A DNA stretch of 64,000 nt, taken from contig OZ253564.1 in NCBI GenBank assembly GCA_965262915.1, positions 1,024,001 to 1,088,000 on the forward strand, written 5' to 3'. Below, one piece after another: positions 10,426 through 19,749 of this stretch; within the stretch, counting starts at the first letter, position 1, and each line of letters opens with the position of its first letter. The translations under genes and the position numbers were made by a program. A model generated the notes under the pieces. The model saw only the letters and a program-made list of their open reading frames with translations. It was not told where the DNA came from and ran no database searches. This DNA comes from Candidatus Spongiisociaceae bacterium. Its GTDB lineage: Bacteria; Actinomycetota; Acidimicrobiia; Spongiisociales; Spongiisociaceae.

Positions 10426-11322
10426 CACCACCGTCCTGTTGCCGGTGACAGCCCCCAAGCGGACGGGATCAAAGTACTGGCCCGGGCCCACCAAGACCTG
10501 ATCTGGGCCCGAACCCGTCTCACCAACCAGGTACGCAACGCTCTACGCGAGTACTACCCCGCAGCCCGGGAAACCTTCGACGACCTGGCAGATCGCGATA
10601 CGTTGGCGATACTGGGCCGGGCACCCACCCCCACGGTGGGCGCCCGCCTGACCCTGCCTCAGATCCGCGCAGCTCTCAAAGCGGGCGGACGGCGGAGATA
10701 CCTCGACCAGCGAGCCCGCCAAATCCAGGAGGGTTTACGCACCGCCCACCTCGCCGCACCCGACGCGGTCGTCGCCGCGTACGCGTCGACCGTGGCAGCG
10801 TTGGTACGGGTCATTGCCGAAACCAACCGCCAGATCGGCGAACTCGAAGCAGCGCTCGCTGCCTGTTTTGAACAGCACGCGGACGCCGCTATCTACCTGT
10901 CTCAGCCAGGACTCGGCAAAGTGCTCGGCGCCCGGGCGCTCGGCGAGTTCGGGGACGACCCCCACCATTACACCAGCGCCAAGTCACCCAGGAACTACAC
11001 CGGGACGTCGCCCATAACCGTGGCATCCGGCCGCAAACACACGGTCATGGCTCGTCACGTACGCAACCGGCGCCTATACGACGCCATAGACCAGTGGGCG
11101 TTCTGTTCCCTCACCAACAGTGCAGGCACCCGCGCCTTCTGCGACCAGCGACGAGCAGCCGGCGACCTCCACCACCAAGCCCTAAGAGCCCTAGCCAACC
11201 GCCTCGTCGGCATCCTCCACGGCTGTCTCAAACACCAAACCCCCTACAACGAACACACCGCCTGGCACACGGAACCATCCCCGACAAAGCCGCAGCTTGA
11301 CAATTACGCTCCTGGGCAGTCT
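10426..11322 (+). mobile_element. Truncated IS110-family transposase remnant
   Basis: HRPVAGDS..KVLARAHQDLIW, PGLGKVLGARALGEFGDD, TSPITVASG and ALRALANRLVGILHGCL. The N-terminal RuvC-like domain is missing and there is a probable frameshift near the C-terminus. Confidence 0.8.
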
Positions 11323-11422
11323 AGAAGGGTGCTGAAAACCCCCCGTTGGGCCGGCGGTCGATGACAAATGCCACGTCTGCGGACGATGGGCCAACCAATT
11401 ACCCGTTTCTTGGCATTCTCCT
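11323..11422. repeat. Palindromic MITE-like repeat, family A copy 1
   Basis: AGAAGGGTGCTGAAAAC...TTCTTGGCATTCTCCT. Its reverse complement aligns with 25459-25560 and 39840-39940. Confidence 0.75.
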
Positions 11423-11510
11423 ACGAGCGCCGTTCGTTTGACCACAAGCCCTCGCCTTGCATATGATTGCAGACACCTTCCATGCAAGTGTTATACAAGG
11501 GGGGTCCGGC

Positions 11511-12647
11511 TTGGCCTTGTTCCCGCTCATCCACATCGCAGGTCCACCTCGCCAGCGCGGGCTGATGTACGGGGAAGCCGCGGCGCCTCAGATCCACCAC
11601 TCGATGACCTTCTACTCCGAATCCGTGATTCCGGCGCTCGGTCTCACCTGGGGTCGGATCTGCGATCATGTTTCGTTGCGCATTCCTCAGTGGGCTGCAG
11701 AGGATCCTGATCTCTTCGAGGAGATCGACGGCATCGCGGCGGGTTGCGGGCTTGAGGTAACTGAGGTCGTGTCCCTGAACACCAGGGCGTCGTTCAGGCA
11801 GATGAGCTCGCAGGCCGACGAGGCACGCGTGACCGGCGAGGGGTGCACGAGCTTCGCAGTGCTTCCGAGCGCCAGCCGGGACGGGCATATGATCACCGGT
11901 CAGAATTGGGACTACCTCGACGGCATAGGGCCATCGATCGTCCTCCTTCACATCACGCCCGAAAGCGGCCCGGCGATCCTGATGATCGTCGAAGCGGGCC
12001 AGCTCGGACGGCACGGGGCCAATGCGGCCGGGATCGCCCTTCATGCCAACGGCCTTTCGTCGCGTCTTCTCGACCCGCGGGGCCTCCCGTCGCCGCTCTG
12101 GCGGCGCCAGATCATGAGGGAGGGCGGCATCGTCAAGGCTCTCGGCGCCACTACAGCAACGCCGAGAGAAGGATCGACGAACATCGTCATCAGTCACCGG
12201 GATGGATTCGCTGTCAATTTCGAGACGTGGACACAGACCGCACGCTGGTATCACCCTGAGAACGGGTGGCTGGTGCACACCAACCACTATCTGGCCGAGA
12301 TCCCACCGGAGATCGCGGCTACCTACCGGCCGTCACCCGATTCGATCCTGCGCTACGGCCGGGCTCGTCAGTTGATGGACGAGGCCGCCCGCATCGGTGT
12401 GACCGTCAGCGATCTGAAAGCCATGTTGCGCGATCACTTCGGAGACGGCAGGGGGATCTGCTCGCACGCCGTCGCCGCCAAGGGGCCACATGAGCGATGG
12501 GAGACCGTTGCCGCGGTCATCACCGATCTTACGACCGGCGTCATGTCGGTGGCCGCGGGACCTCCGTGCTCGCATGAATTCACCCGGCTTGACATAGCGA
12601 CGGGCACCGTCTTGGAGGCGGCGCGTGCCACGATGGTCGCGAGTTGA
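11511..12647 (+). CDS. Peptidase C45 family Ntn-hydrolase (acyl-CoA:6-APA acyltransferase-like)
   Basis: Autoproteolysis site G-CTSF plus GQNWD, EAGQL, G.NAAG and HTNHY. Start uncertain (11457-11517). Confidence 0.85.
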   Translation: MALFPLIHIAGPPRQRGLMYGEAAAPQIHHSMTFYSESVIPALGLTWGRICDHVSLRIPQWAAEDPDLFEEIDGIAAGCGLEVTEVVSLNTRASFRQMSSQADEARVTGEGCTSFAVLPSASRDGHMITGQNWDYLDGIGPSIVLLHITPESGPAILMIVEAGQLGRHGANAAGIALHANGLSSRLLDPRGLPSPLWRRQIMREGGIVKALGATTATPREGSTNIVISHRDGFAVNFETWTQTARWYHPENGWLVHTNHYLAEIPPEIAATYRPSPDSILRYGRARQLMDEAARIGVTVSDLKAMLRDHFGDGRGICSHAVAAKGPHERWETVAAVITDLTTGVMSVAAGPPCSHEFTRLDIATGTVLEAARATMVAS

Positions 12648-12732
12648 TGCCGCAGACAGAGATCCGGCCGGCCTCGAGGCCGGAGTAGTTCGCCCACGGA
12701 CCGAAGGTCCGGCAAAGGAGGAGGGTAGGCAA

Positions 12733-13875
12733 ATGAATCGCAAACGAAGGACCGGGGTTTGGCGGGTGTTCGGCGCGCTGGCGGCCCTTGTGCTACTGGT
12801 AGCCGCATGCGGCGACGACGCGCCGGTGGCGACACAGGCGGCACCGCCGCCCGAGACGGTGGTCGTGACGTCGATCGTGGAGGTTCCCGGCGAGACGGAG
12901 GTCGTCACGTCGATCGTCACCGAGGTCGTCACGGAGGTCGTCACGGAGGTCGTCACGGAGACGGTGGTCGTGACGTCGATCGTGGAGGTGACGCCGACAA
13001 CGGTGATCGGACAGCGCACGTTCGACGTCGGTTACGGTCCGACCACTGTCGACGGCATTCCCCAGCGCGTCTACACCTGGGGTCTCCAGCAGACCGAGAC
13101 GCTTTCGGTGCTCGGGATCGAGCCGGTCGCCTACACCACGAGGGGCGACTCGCCGATGCCGTTTTGGTTCAATACCGAGTGGACAGAGACGACGCCGCTG
13201 GCCCAGCCACCGGCTCTGGAACTCGTCGTGGCTCTCGAACCGGACTTCATCCTGTCGAATGAGAGCAACGACGTGTCGGCGATGCGGGACGTGGCGCCGG
13301 TGCTGCGCATGCGCGCCAACTCGTATGGAGAGTCCATGTCGCAACTGCGCACCGTCGGCGAGATCTTCGGTCTCGAAGATGTGGCACAGGCATTCATCGA
13401 CGGGTTCTACGAGGAGTTGAACGAGACGATCGCGGCCATCGAGGGGCGCGATCCGGTCACCGTCATGGTGGTGTATCCGGGTCTTGAGCCCGGCATTCTC
13501 GGCATGTGGATGGACACCTCGTTCACCGGCTCGCTGGTGAACGCTCTTGGCACGGAGTACGCGTTGACGGGCAGGACACTGACCGTCGGCGATCTCGGCG
13601 GCCGCAACTTGGAGTTCTCCACGAGGTACGGGCTCGTCCAGCTCGGGCTGGAGAAGATCATCGAGTTGGATCCTGAGGTTCTGTTCGTGCTGGGAACCGA
13701 GTCGTTCCTCGCCGATCTTGGTGATAACGCGGTGTGGTCGGCGATCTCCGCGGTTGCCAACGGCGAGGTGCATCTGTTCGACCGCGACCTTTGGAGCAGG
13801 TCGAGGGGACCACTCGCGGCGCTCATCATGCTGCGCGAAGCGAGAGCGGCGCTATATCCCGACCTGTTCTCGTAG
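12733..13875 (+). CDS. Fe-siderophore/cobalamin-type ABC substrate-binding lipoprotein
   Basis: Lipobox LVAAC, PQRV, LGIEPV, LEPDFIL and W..SRG. Lies upstream of FecCD permeases. Confidence 0.85.
   Translation: MNRKRRTGVWRVFGALAALVLLVAACGDDAPVATQAAPPPETVVVTSIVEVPGETEVVTSIVTEVVTEVVTEVVTETVVVTSIVEVTPTTVIGQRTFDVGYGPTTVDGIPQRVYTWGLQQTETLSVLGIEPVAYTTRGDSPMPFWFNTEWTETTPLAQPPALELVVALEPDFILSNESNDVSAMRDVAPVLRMRANSYGESMSQLRTVGEIFGLEDVAQAFIDGFYEELNETIAAIEGRDPVTVMVVYPGLEPGILGMWMDTSFTGSLVNALGTEYALTGRTLTVGDLGGRNLEFSTRYGLVQLGLEKIIELDPEVLFVLGTESFLADLGDNAVWSAISAVANGEVHLFDRDLWSRSRGPLAALIMLREARAALYPDLFS
12853..12989 (+). repeat. In-frame tandem repeats encoding a V/T/E-rich linker
   Basis: A 32-bp direct repeat GAGACGGTGGTCGTGACGTCGATCGTGGAGGT (12853 and 12958) flanks 12-bp GAGGTCGTCACG units. 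Confidence 0.85.
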
Positions 13876-13891
13876 GGAGCCTGCCAGGCCT

Positions 13892-14056
13892 AGTGGTCTG
13901 TCTGCAGAATGATTCGCCGTGCCCTGCTTGCCGTCGACGCCCCTAGCTGCGTTCCGCCTCCTCGACGTACCGCTGTGGGTACGCCGTCGTCGGCGGGCCT
14001 TGCGAGCAACGCCGCTGTCGGCGCACGCCACGACACCATTTCACAGCCAGACCACT
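13892..14056. repeat. MITE-like repeat, family B, longest copy
   Basis: Terminal inverted repeats AGTGGTCTGTCTGCAGAATG / CATTTCACAGCCAGACCACT with CTAG at both ends, and an internal CGTACC..GGTACG hairpin. Confidence 0.8.
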
Positions 14057-14064
14057 AGCGTGAC

Positions 14065-15126
14065 TTGGCCTCATCCAGCTACGGCTCGGTCACCGACCAA
14101 ACCGTGATCCCGGCAGTCGAAGCTGAGCCGCAGCCTCACCGCGGGCTGCGGCTCAGCAGGATTGCGCTGTTCGCGCTCATCGGCCTTGCGGCTCTGGCAC
14201 TGGGCCTGGCGGCTGACACTCGCTTCGGAATCGTCGACATGTCGCTCGATCAGGTGGCGAGGGCGCTGTTGTCCGACGACGGCTCGCGGGAGCGGATCAT
14301 CATCTGGGAGTTGCGGTTTCCCAGGGCGCTGACCGCGGCGCTCGTGGGGGCCTCGCTCGCCGTCGCCGGGGCGATCATGCAGGCGGTCACGAGGAACCCG
14401 CTGGCGTCTCCGTCGCTCACGGGGGTGTCCGCCGGTGCGGGGCTCGCAGTGGTGGCGAGTATCGTCATCGCTCCCGACCGTCCTCTCGGCCTCACGCCGA
14501 TCATCGCCCTGGCCGGGGGGCTTGCCGCAGGGTCGGTGGTGTTCGCTCTCGCCAACCGGTCACTGGTCACACCCACCCGTCTCGCCCTCGCCGGTATTGC
14601 GACGGCGACCCTGTTGTTGGCGCTGACCACGGGGCTTCTGCTGATGAATCACGACACCGTGGGCACGGTCTACTTCTGGCTTGCAGGCGGTGTGGCCGGC
14701 CGGGGGTGGCAGCACGTGGAGTTGATCGCCCCCTGGTTCCTGATCGGTGCCGCGGCGGCCCTGCTGATGGCCCGCCAGCTTGACATCCTCCTTCTCGGCG
14801 AGGACGTGGCCCGCAGCCTCGGTGTAGCCACGGGCCGGATCCGGGCAGCCCTCATGCTTGTGGCGATCTTCCTCACGGGTGCGGCCGTGGCCGTGGCGGG
14901 CCCGATCGGCTTCGTCGGCCTTATCGCGCCCCATGTCGTCCGCTTCATGGTCGGCCCGTCACACCGGGCTCTGCTGCCGTTGAGTGCGCTCTTCGGTGCG
15001 ACGCTGGTGGTGTGGGCGGATGTGGCGGCCCGATTCGTGCGACAGCCTCTTGAGATCCCGGTCGGAGTCCTGATCGCCTTGATCGGAGGGCCCTTCTTTC
15101 TCGCCCTCGCCAGGAGGAACGCGTGA
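14065..15126 (+). CDS. FecCD-family iron-chelate ABC permease
   Basis: RFPRAL, TRNPLASP, LGEDVARSLG, GPIGFVGLIAPH and EIPVG. Confidence 0.92.
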   Translation: MASSSYGSVTDQTVIPAVEAEPQPHRGLRLSRIALFALIGLAALALGLAADTRFGIVDMSLDQVARALLSDDGSRERIIIWELRFPRALTAALVGASLAVAGAIMQAVTRNPLASPSLTGVSAGAGLAVVASIVIAPDRPLGLTPIIALAGGLAAGSVVFALANRSLVTPTRLALAGIATATLLLALTTGLLLMNHDTVGTVYFWLAGGVAGRGWQHVELIAPWFLIGAAAALLMARQLDILLLGEDVARSLGVATGRIRAALMLVAIFLTGAAVAVAGPIGFVGLIAPHVVRFMVGPSHRALLPLSALFGATLVVWADVAARFVRQPLEIPVGVLIALIGGPFFLALARRNA

Positions 15127-16148
15127 GCGTGTCTGGCGTCCCCGCGTCGCGCAGCCGCCATGCCGTGATCGTTACAGCAGCGTCGGCGTTGGCGCTGGTC
15201 CTGCTCGTCGTGGCGAGCGCGTTCATCGGTCAGGCAGACGTCGCTCCGTCAATTGTGTTCCGTGCTTTCTGGACCGCCGACGATGCGCTGGCGAGGACGA
15301 TACTTTTCGACTTCCGGCTGCCCAGGATCGTCCTGGCGGTCCTCGTCGGGTCCCAGCTCGCCGTCTCGGGAGCGCTCCTGCAGGGAGTGACGCGCAACGC
15401 GCTGGCGTCACCCGACATCATCGGCGTCACCGCCGGGGCCGGCCTCGTCGCCGTGGTGATGATCCTCGCCGTGCCGGGTGCGCCGTTGGCGGCCGTTCCC
15501 TTCGCGGCGCTGTTCGGAGGGGCGGGTACGGGGGCTCTCGTGTATGCCCTGGCCTGGAAGAAGGGAGTGTCGCCCGAGCGGCTCGCACTCACTGGCATCG
15601 CGGTGACCGCCGTCGCCCAGGCGGGGGTGACCGCCATCGTGACGCTGTTCGTCGAGAACAACGATGTCCTCTTGGCGCTGCAGTGGCTGTCCGGTTCGCT
15701 GTACGGGAAGCAGTGGGATCCGGTGCTGCTCGTCCTTCCCTGGTCCGTTGTCGGGCTGACCCTGGCCTTCGTGCTCTCGCACAAGGTCGACGTGCTGCTG
15801 CTGGGGGAGGAGGCGGCGACCGGGCTCGGCATGAGGGTGCAACTGGCGCGCATCGCCCTTGTCGGCACAGCGGTGGCCCTGGCCGCGTCTGCGGTGGCGG
15901 TCGTCGGAACCATTGCCTTTGTCGGCCTGATCGTGCCCCACGCGGTGCGGATCCTGGTCGGTTCCAGGCATCGGGTCGTCGTCCCTCTGTCCGCGATACT
16001 GGGTGCTGCGCTCGTCCTGGTCTCGGACAACCTCGCCCGTTCCGCCTTCGAGACGAGGGAGTTTCCGGCAGGAATTCTGACGGCGGTGTTGGGCGCTCCC
16101 TATTTCATATATCTGATCACGCGACGGAAGACGAGGATCTCTGTGTAA
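15123..16148 (+). CDS. FecCD-family iron-chelate ABC permease
   Basis: RLPRI, TRNALASPDIIG, LGEEAATGLG and FVGLIVPH. Confidence 0.92.
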   Translation: MSVSGVPASRSRHAVIVTAASALALVLLVVASAFIGQADVAPSIVFRAFWTADDALARTILFDFRLPRIVLAVLVGSQLAVSGALLQGVTRNALASPDIIGVTAGAGLVAVVMILAVPGAPLAAVPFAALFGGAGTGALVYALAWKKGVSPERLALTGIAVTAVAQAGVTAIVTLFVENNDVLLALQWLSGSLYGKQWDPVLLVLPWSVVGLTLAFVLSHKVDVLLLGEEAATGLGMRVQLARIALVGTAVALAASAVAVVGTIAFVGLIVPHAVRILVGSRHRVVVPLSAILGAALVLVSDNLARSAFETREFPAGILTAVLGAPYFIYLITRRKTRISV

Positions 16149-16990
16149 TGGAAGCTCGAGCGACCACCAACGACGACGCCCGGTCGGGGCACAGCCTGCG
16201 CACCGCGGGAGTCGATCTCGGATACGACTTCGTCGTCGTCCGCGATCTGGACCTGGACATCGACATGGGTGCGATCACCTCCATCGTCGGTCCGAACGGG
16301 TGCGGGAAGTCGACGACGCTGCGGGCCCTGTCGCGATTGCTGAAGCCGATGCGCGGCGTCGTCTATCTCGACGGAAAGCTGATCGCGCAGTATCCGACGA
16401 AGGAGGTGGCCCGTCGGCTGGCCATGCTGCCGCAGGGGCCTTCGACCCCGGAAGGTCTCACCGTCGAGGATCTCGTCTGGCACGGCCGTTACCCGCACCA
16501 GGGGTTCCTCGGCTCGAAGACGGCCGACGACGCCGAAGCGGTCGAATGGGCTCTCGAGCAAACCCGGCTCGTCGACTTCACCGACCGGCAGTTGGACTCC
16601 CTGTCCGGCGGTGAGCGCCAGCGGGCCTGGGTGGCTATGGCCCTCGCCCAGCAGACCCCGATTCTGCTGCTCGACGAGCCGACTACGTTTCTGGACCTCG
16701 GCCACCAACTCGAGGTCCTCGAGTTGCTCCAGACCCTGAACACCGGCTCCGGCATTACGATCGTGATGGTGCTGCACGAACTCAATCAGGCATCGAGGTA
16801 TTCGGATACCATGATCGCCATGAGCGCCGGTGAGATATGGGCCCGCGGTACCCCGGCCGAGGTTCTCACCGAGACACTCCTTCGAGAGGTGTTCGGCGTC
16901 GATGCAGCGGTGTCGATCGATCCGAGGTTCAACAAGCCGGTTTTTGTTGCTCTGGGCCGCGCCGACAGCCGCGGGGAGGCTTCGGAATGA
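16148..16990 (+). CDS. Iron-chelate ABC ATP-binding protein
   Basis: GPNGCGKST, LSGGERQR, LLLDEPT and HELN. ATG overlaps the permease TAA. Confidence 0.92.
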   Translation: MEARATTNDDARSGHSLRTAGVDLGYDFVVVRDLDLDIDMGAITSIVGPNGCGKSTTLRALSRLLKPMRGVVYLDGKLIAQYPTKEVARRLAMLPQGPSTPEGLTVEDLVWHGRYPHQGFLGSKTADDAEAVEWALEQTRLVDFTDRQLDSLSGGERQRAWVAMALAQQTPILLLDEPTTFLDLGHQLEVLELLQTLNTGSGITIVMVLHELNQASRYSDTMIAMSAGEIWARGTPAEVLTETLLREVFGVDAAVSIDPRFNKPVFVALGRADSRGEASE

Positions 16991-17622
16991 CCGCTCCCGG
17001 CCCGAGTTCCCAACGGCCTCCAAGCCTCCGCATCATCGCTTACGAAGCAATAAAAGGTCGCATCCTCAAGGGTGGGCTCCTACCCGGCGACGCGCTGCCG
17101 GCATCTGAGTGGGCGGAGGCACTCGGAATCTCACGAACCCCCGTACGGGAGGCGATTCAGCTCCTCGCTCAGGAAGGCCTCGTCGAGGTGTTTCCGAAGA
17201 GGAGCACCTTCGTTGCGCGCCTCTCGGTGCGCGATGTGCGGGAAAGCTTCGAGATTCGCCAGGCGATCGAAGGGTTTGCCGCCAGGCTGGCGGCAAAGCG
17301 GCGCACCGAGGACCACGTCGCCGCGATGCGCACTGCCCTGACCGAACCGGCGGACGACAGTTACGACAGCGGCGTCGACTTCCACACGCTGGTTGTCCAG
17401 GCCGCCGACAATCCCTACCTCGAGCAGGCCTTCGCCTCAGCGGAGGGCCGCATAGAACTTGCCAGCCGGCTGGCTTCGACCGCAACGAGCCACCACGGCA
17501 GCGACTCGACACATGAGGTGATCTTTGCCGCCATCGAGGCCGGTGATGGAGACGAGGCCGAAGCCGCGATGCGCCGCCATCTTACCGAGCACTCCGACCA
17601 TCTGATCCGACAGCTGATCTGA
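16987..17622 (+). CDS. GntR-family (FCD) transcriptional regulator
   Basis: LGISRTPVREA HTH and FH...A.N...H..I..AI..GD...A..AM..H FCD pattern. Confidence 0.9.
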   Translation: MTAPGPSSQRPPSLRIIAYEAIKGRILKGGLLPGDALPASEWAEALGISRTPVREAIQLLAQEGLVEVFPKRSTFVARLSVRDVRESFEIRQAIEGFAARLAAKRRTEDHVAAMRTALTEPADDSYDSGVDFHTLVVQAADNPYLEQAFASAEGRIELASRLASTATSHHGSDSTHEVIFAAIEAGDGDEAEAAMRRHLTEHSDHLIRQLI

Positions 17623-17647
17623 CCGGCAGCCTACGGTCCAGGAGTGA

Positions 17648-18394
17648 TCAACGGATAGCCGACCCGACGAGGTTACCGACGTACCAGGCCAGGACGCCGC
17701 CGAGCCCGGCGATCAGCATGTTCTCGAACCCGGCGCGAGCTGTGCTCGTGCGCGCCACCACCGACTTGACCACGCCCACGGCGAACAGCCCGGCTGCGGT
17801 CAAGGCGGCGGCCCACCATAGCCCGACAGCCGTCTCGTTGGTGAAGACGAAGGGGAGGACGGAGGTGGTCGAGCCCGCCAGAAACAGCAGCCCCGACATG
17901 GCCATGGCGGTGAAGGGGGAGCGCCGCTCCGAGTCGACGATGCCGAACTCCAGCACCTTCATCGCGTTCAGCATGGCTTCGTCCGAACGGTCGAAGGCGG
18001 CCACGATGCCCTTGACGTCGTCGTCGTCGAGGCCCATGTCGGAGAACATGCTGCCCAGCTGATCCAGCTCCTTCTGGCGGTGATAGCGAATGTGCACGCG
18101 CTCCAACTCGAGCTCTGCCGCCAGGACATCATCCTGAGACTTGGTGGCCAGATACTCGCCGGCGGCCATGGAGACGGCGCCCGCGATCGTGCCGGCCACT
18201 CCCGTCAACAGGACCTGGTCGGCGTTGAGGCCCCCACCCACCACGCCGGCCACGAGCAACAGCATCGAGACAAGGCCGTCGTTGACACCCAGGATGATGT
18301 CCCGCCAGTACGGCCGGCTGTCGCCGATGTGGTCCCGGTATGGGGGTATGCCCTCTTCGGTCTGCGGTGTCGGCACCACGTCTTCCTTCCTCAC
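17648..18394 (-). CDS. VIT1/CCC1 family Fe/Mn transporter
   Basis: RDIILGVNDGLVS and AGAVSMAAGEYLA. Confidence 0.9.
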   Translation of the reverse strand: MRKEDVVPTPQTEEGIPPYRDHIGDSRPYWRDIILGVNDGLVSMLLLVAGVVGGGLNADQVLLTGVAGTIAGAVSMAAGEYLATKSQDDVLAAELELERVHIRYHRQKELDQLGSMFSDMGLDDDDVKGIVAAFDRSDEAMLNAMKVLEFGIVDSERRSPFTAMAMSGLLFLAGSTTSVLPFVFTNETAVGLWWAAALTAAGLFAVGVVKSVVARTSTARAGFENMLIAGLGGVLAWYVGNLVGSAIR

Positions 18395-18506
18395 CGGGCC
18401 GGCTCCGGCCCTTCCTCAATCTGACACACGTCATGTATGGTAGTAATATGTCACGGAGTCGGCGGCGTCGTAGGCCACGCGGTACGATCGAGGAGTTGGC
18501 TGGACC

Positions 18507-19316
18507 TTGGATGGAACGACCTGGAGCCTGATCGCTGCTGTATTCGCGGCCTCCTTGGTGGAGTTCGTCGAGGCTTTCACGGTTGTTCTGGCCATGGGGG
18601 TCACCCGGGGCTGGCGCTCGGCCCTCTCCGGAGCGGCGGTCGCCGTCCTGGTACTCATCGGGTTTGCTGTCGCCGCCGGCTATGCCATCGAGGAATGGAT
18701 TCCGGAGGAACTCCTGCAGCTGGTGATCGGGACGTTGCTCCTGGTGTTCGGGCTGCAATGGTTGCGCAAGGCAGTGCTGCGTTCGTCGGGGCTCAAGTCG
18801 CTTCACGACGAGGAAGAGGAGTTCGCCCGGCAGGCCGCCCTGGCCTCCGCGGTCGCCAGAACGGATAGCAGATTCGGGCTCGATTCGTTCGGGTTCATCG
18901 TTTCTTTCAAGGGGGTCTTCCTCGAGGGTGTCGAGATCGTCTTCATCGTCATCACCTTCGGACTCAACGCGGACAACGTCCCCGTCGCCGCGGCCGGTGC
19001 GGCGGTGGCGGGCCTGGTTGTCCTCGTTGCCGGAGTGCTACTGCGCGCTCCGCTGTCCCGGGTTCCCGAGAACACCCTCAAGTACGGGGTGGGGGTATTG
19101 CTGGCGACGTTCGGCACGTTCTGGGCCGTGGAGGGCCTCGGATACTTCACTCCTGGAGGAAAGAGCATCGAGTTCCCATTCGGGGATGTGGCGCTCTTGC
19201 TCCTTCTCATTGCCTGGGTCGTCGTCGCGCGGGTTCTGGTGGTCGTCCTCCCTCGACTCAGCCAGGCACCGCGCGGGGATGAGCCCATCTCGGCCACGGA
19301 AGCGGAGTCGCCGTGA
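18507..19316 (+). CDS. COG4280-type membrane protein (putative metal transporter)
   Basis: Duplicated acidic TM motifs VEFVEA and LEGVE, plus GLQWLRKA and VPENTLKY. Confidence 0.7.
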   Translation: MDGTTWSLIAAVFAASLVEFVEAFTVVLAMGVTRGWRSALSGAAVAVLVLIGFAVAAGYAIEEWIPEELLQLVIGTLLLVFGLQWLRKAVLRSSGLKSLHDEEEEFARQAALASAVARTDSRFGLDSFGFIVSFKGVFLEGVEIVFIVITFGLNADNVPVAAAGAAVAGLVVLVAGVLLRAPLSRVPENTLKYGVGVLLATFGTFWAVEGLGYFTPGGKSIEFPFGDVALLLLLIAWVVVARVLVVVLPRLSQAPRGDEPISATEAESP

Positions 19317-19531
19317 GGTTCGTACTCGGTTTCTTCGACTTCTGGTACCAGCTGATCATCGGCGATGACTGGAGGGTGGCCGCCGGCGTCGGGGTCGCCC
19401 TCGTCGTAGGCGGCCTGCTCGGCGCCTACGAGATCATCAGCGGCAGCGCGCTCGCGGTGGTCGTCGGTGTGTTGATCTTCGGTGGCTTCGTACTCAACCT
19501 GGCTGTTACGGTCCTGCGGCAAGAGCCCTGA
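19313..19531 (+). CDS. Small membrane protein
   Basis: FWY..IIGDDW followed by two hydrophobic helices. Coupled to the upstream gene. Confidence 0.65.
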   Translation: MRFVLGFFDFWYQLIIGDDWRVAAGVGVALVVGGLLGAYEIISGSALAVVVGVLIFGGFVLNLAVTVLRQEP

Positions 19532-19749
19532 CGCCGGAGGCTATCCGGTGGAATTCGTACCGATGTGGCAAACCGATGCCACACTCCCAGATGGGTCACC
19601 TACGTAGGGACCGAGGTGGGACGGTTGATCGTAGGCAATCAGGATCGCAGCACCTTCGCCGGGATTCCCGTCCGACGGAGCCTGTCACCGGGTACGGGTA
19701 TGGTTCCTTCCTGCGGCGGCGCGCCGTCTGAAGGATCCCAGGTTCGCCG

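Noticed and set aside
12853-12989. Direct repeats as a CRISPR array
   Set aside because: They are in-frame coding repeats with no unique spacers and no cas genes.
19564-19583. GGCAAACC-containing hairpin as a c-di-GMP-I riboswitch
   Set aside because: It lacks the GNRA-capped P2 and remaining consensus, and lies between convergent genes.
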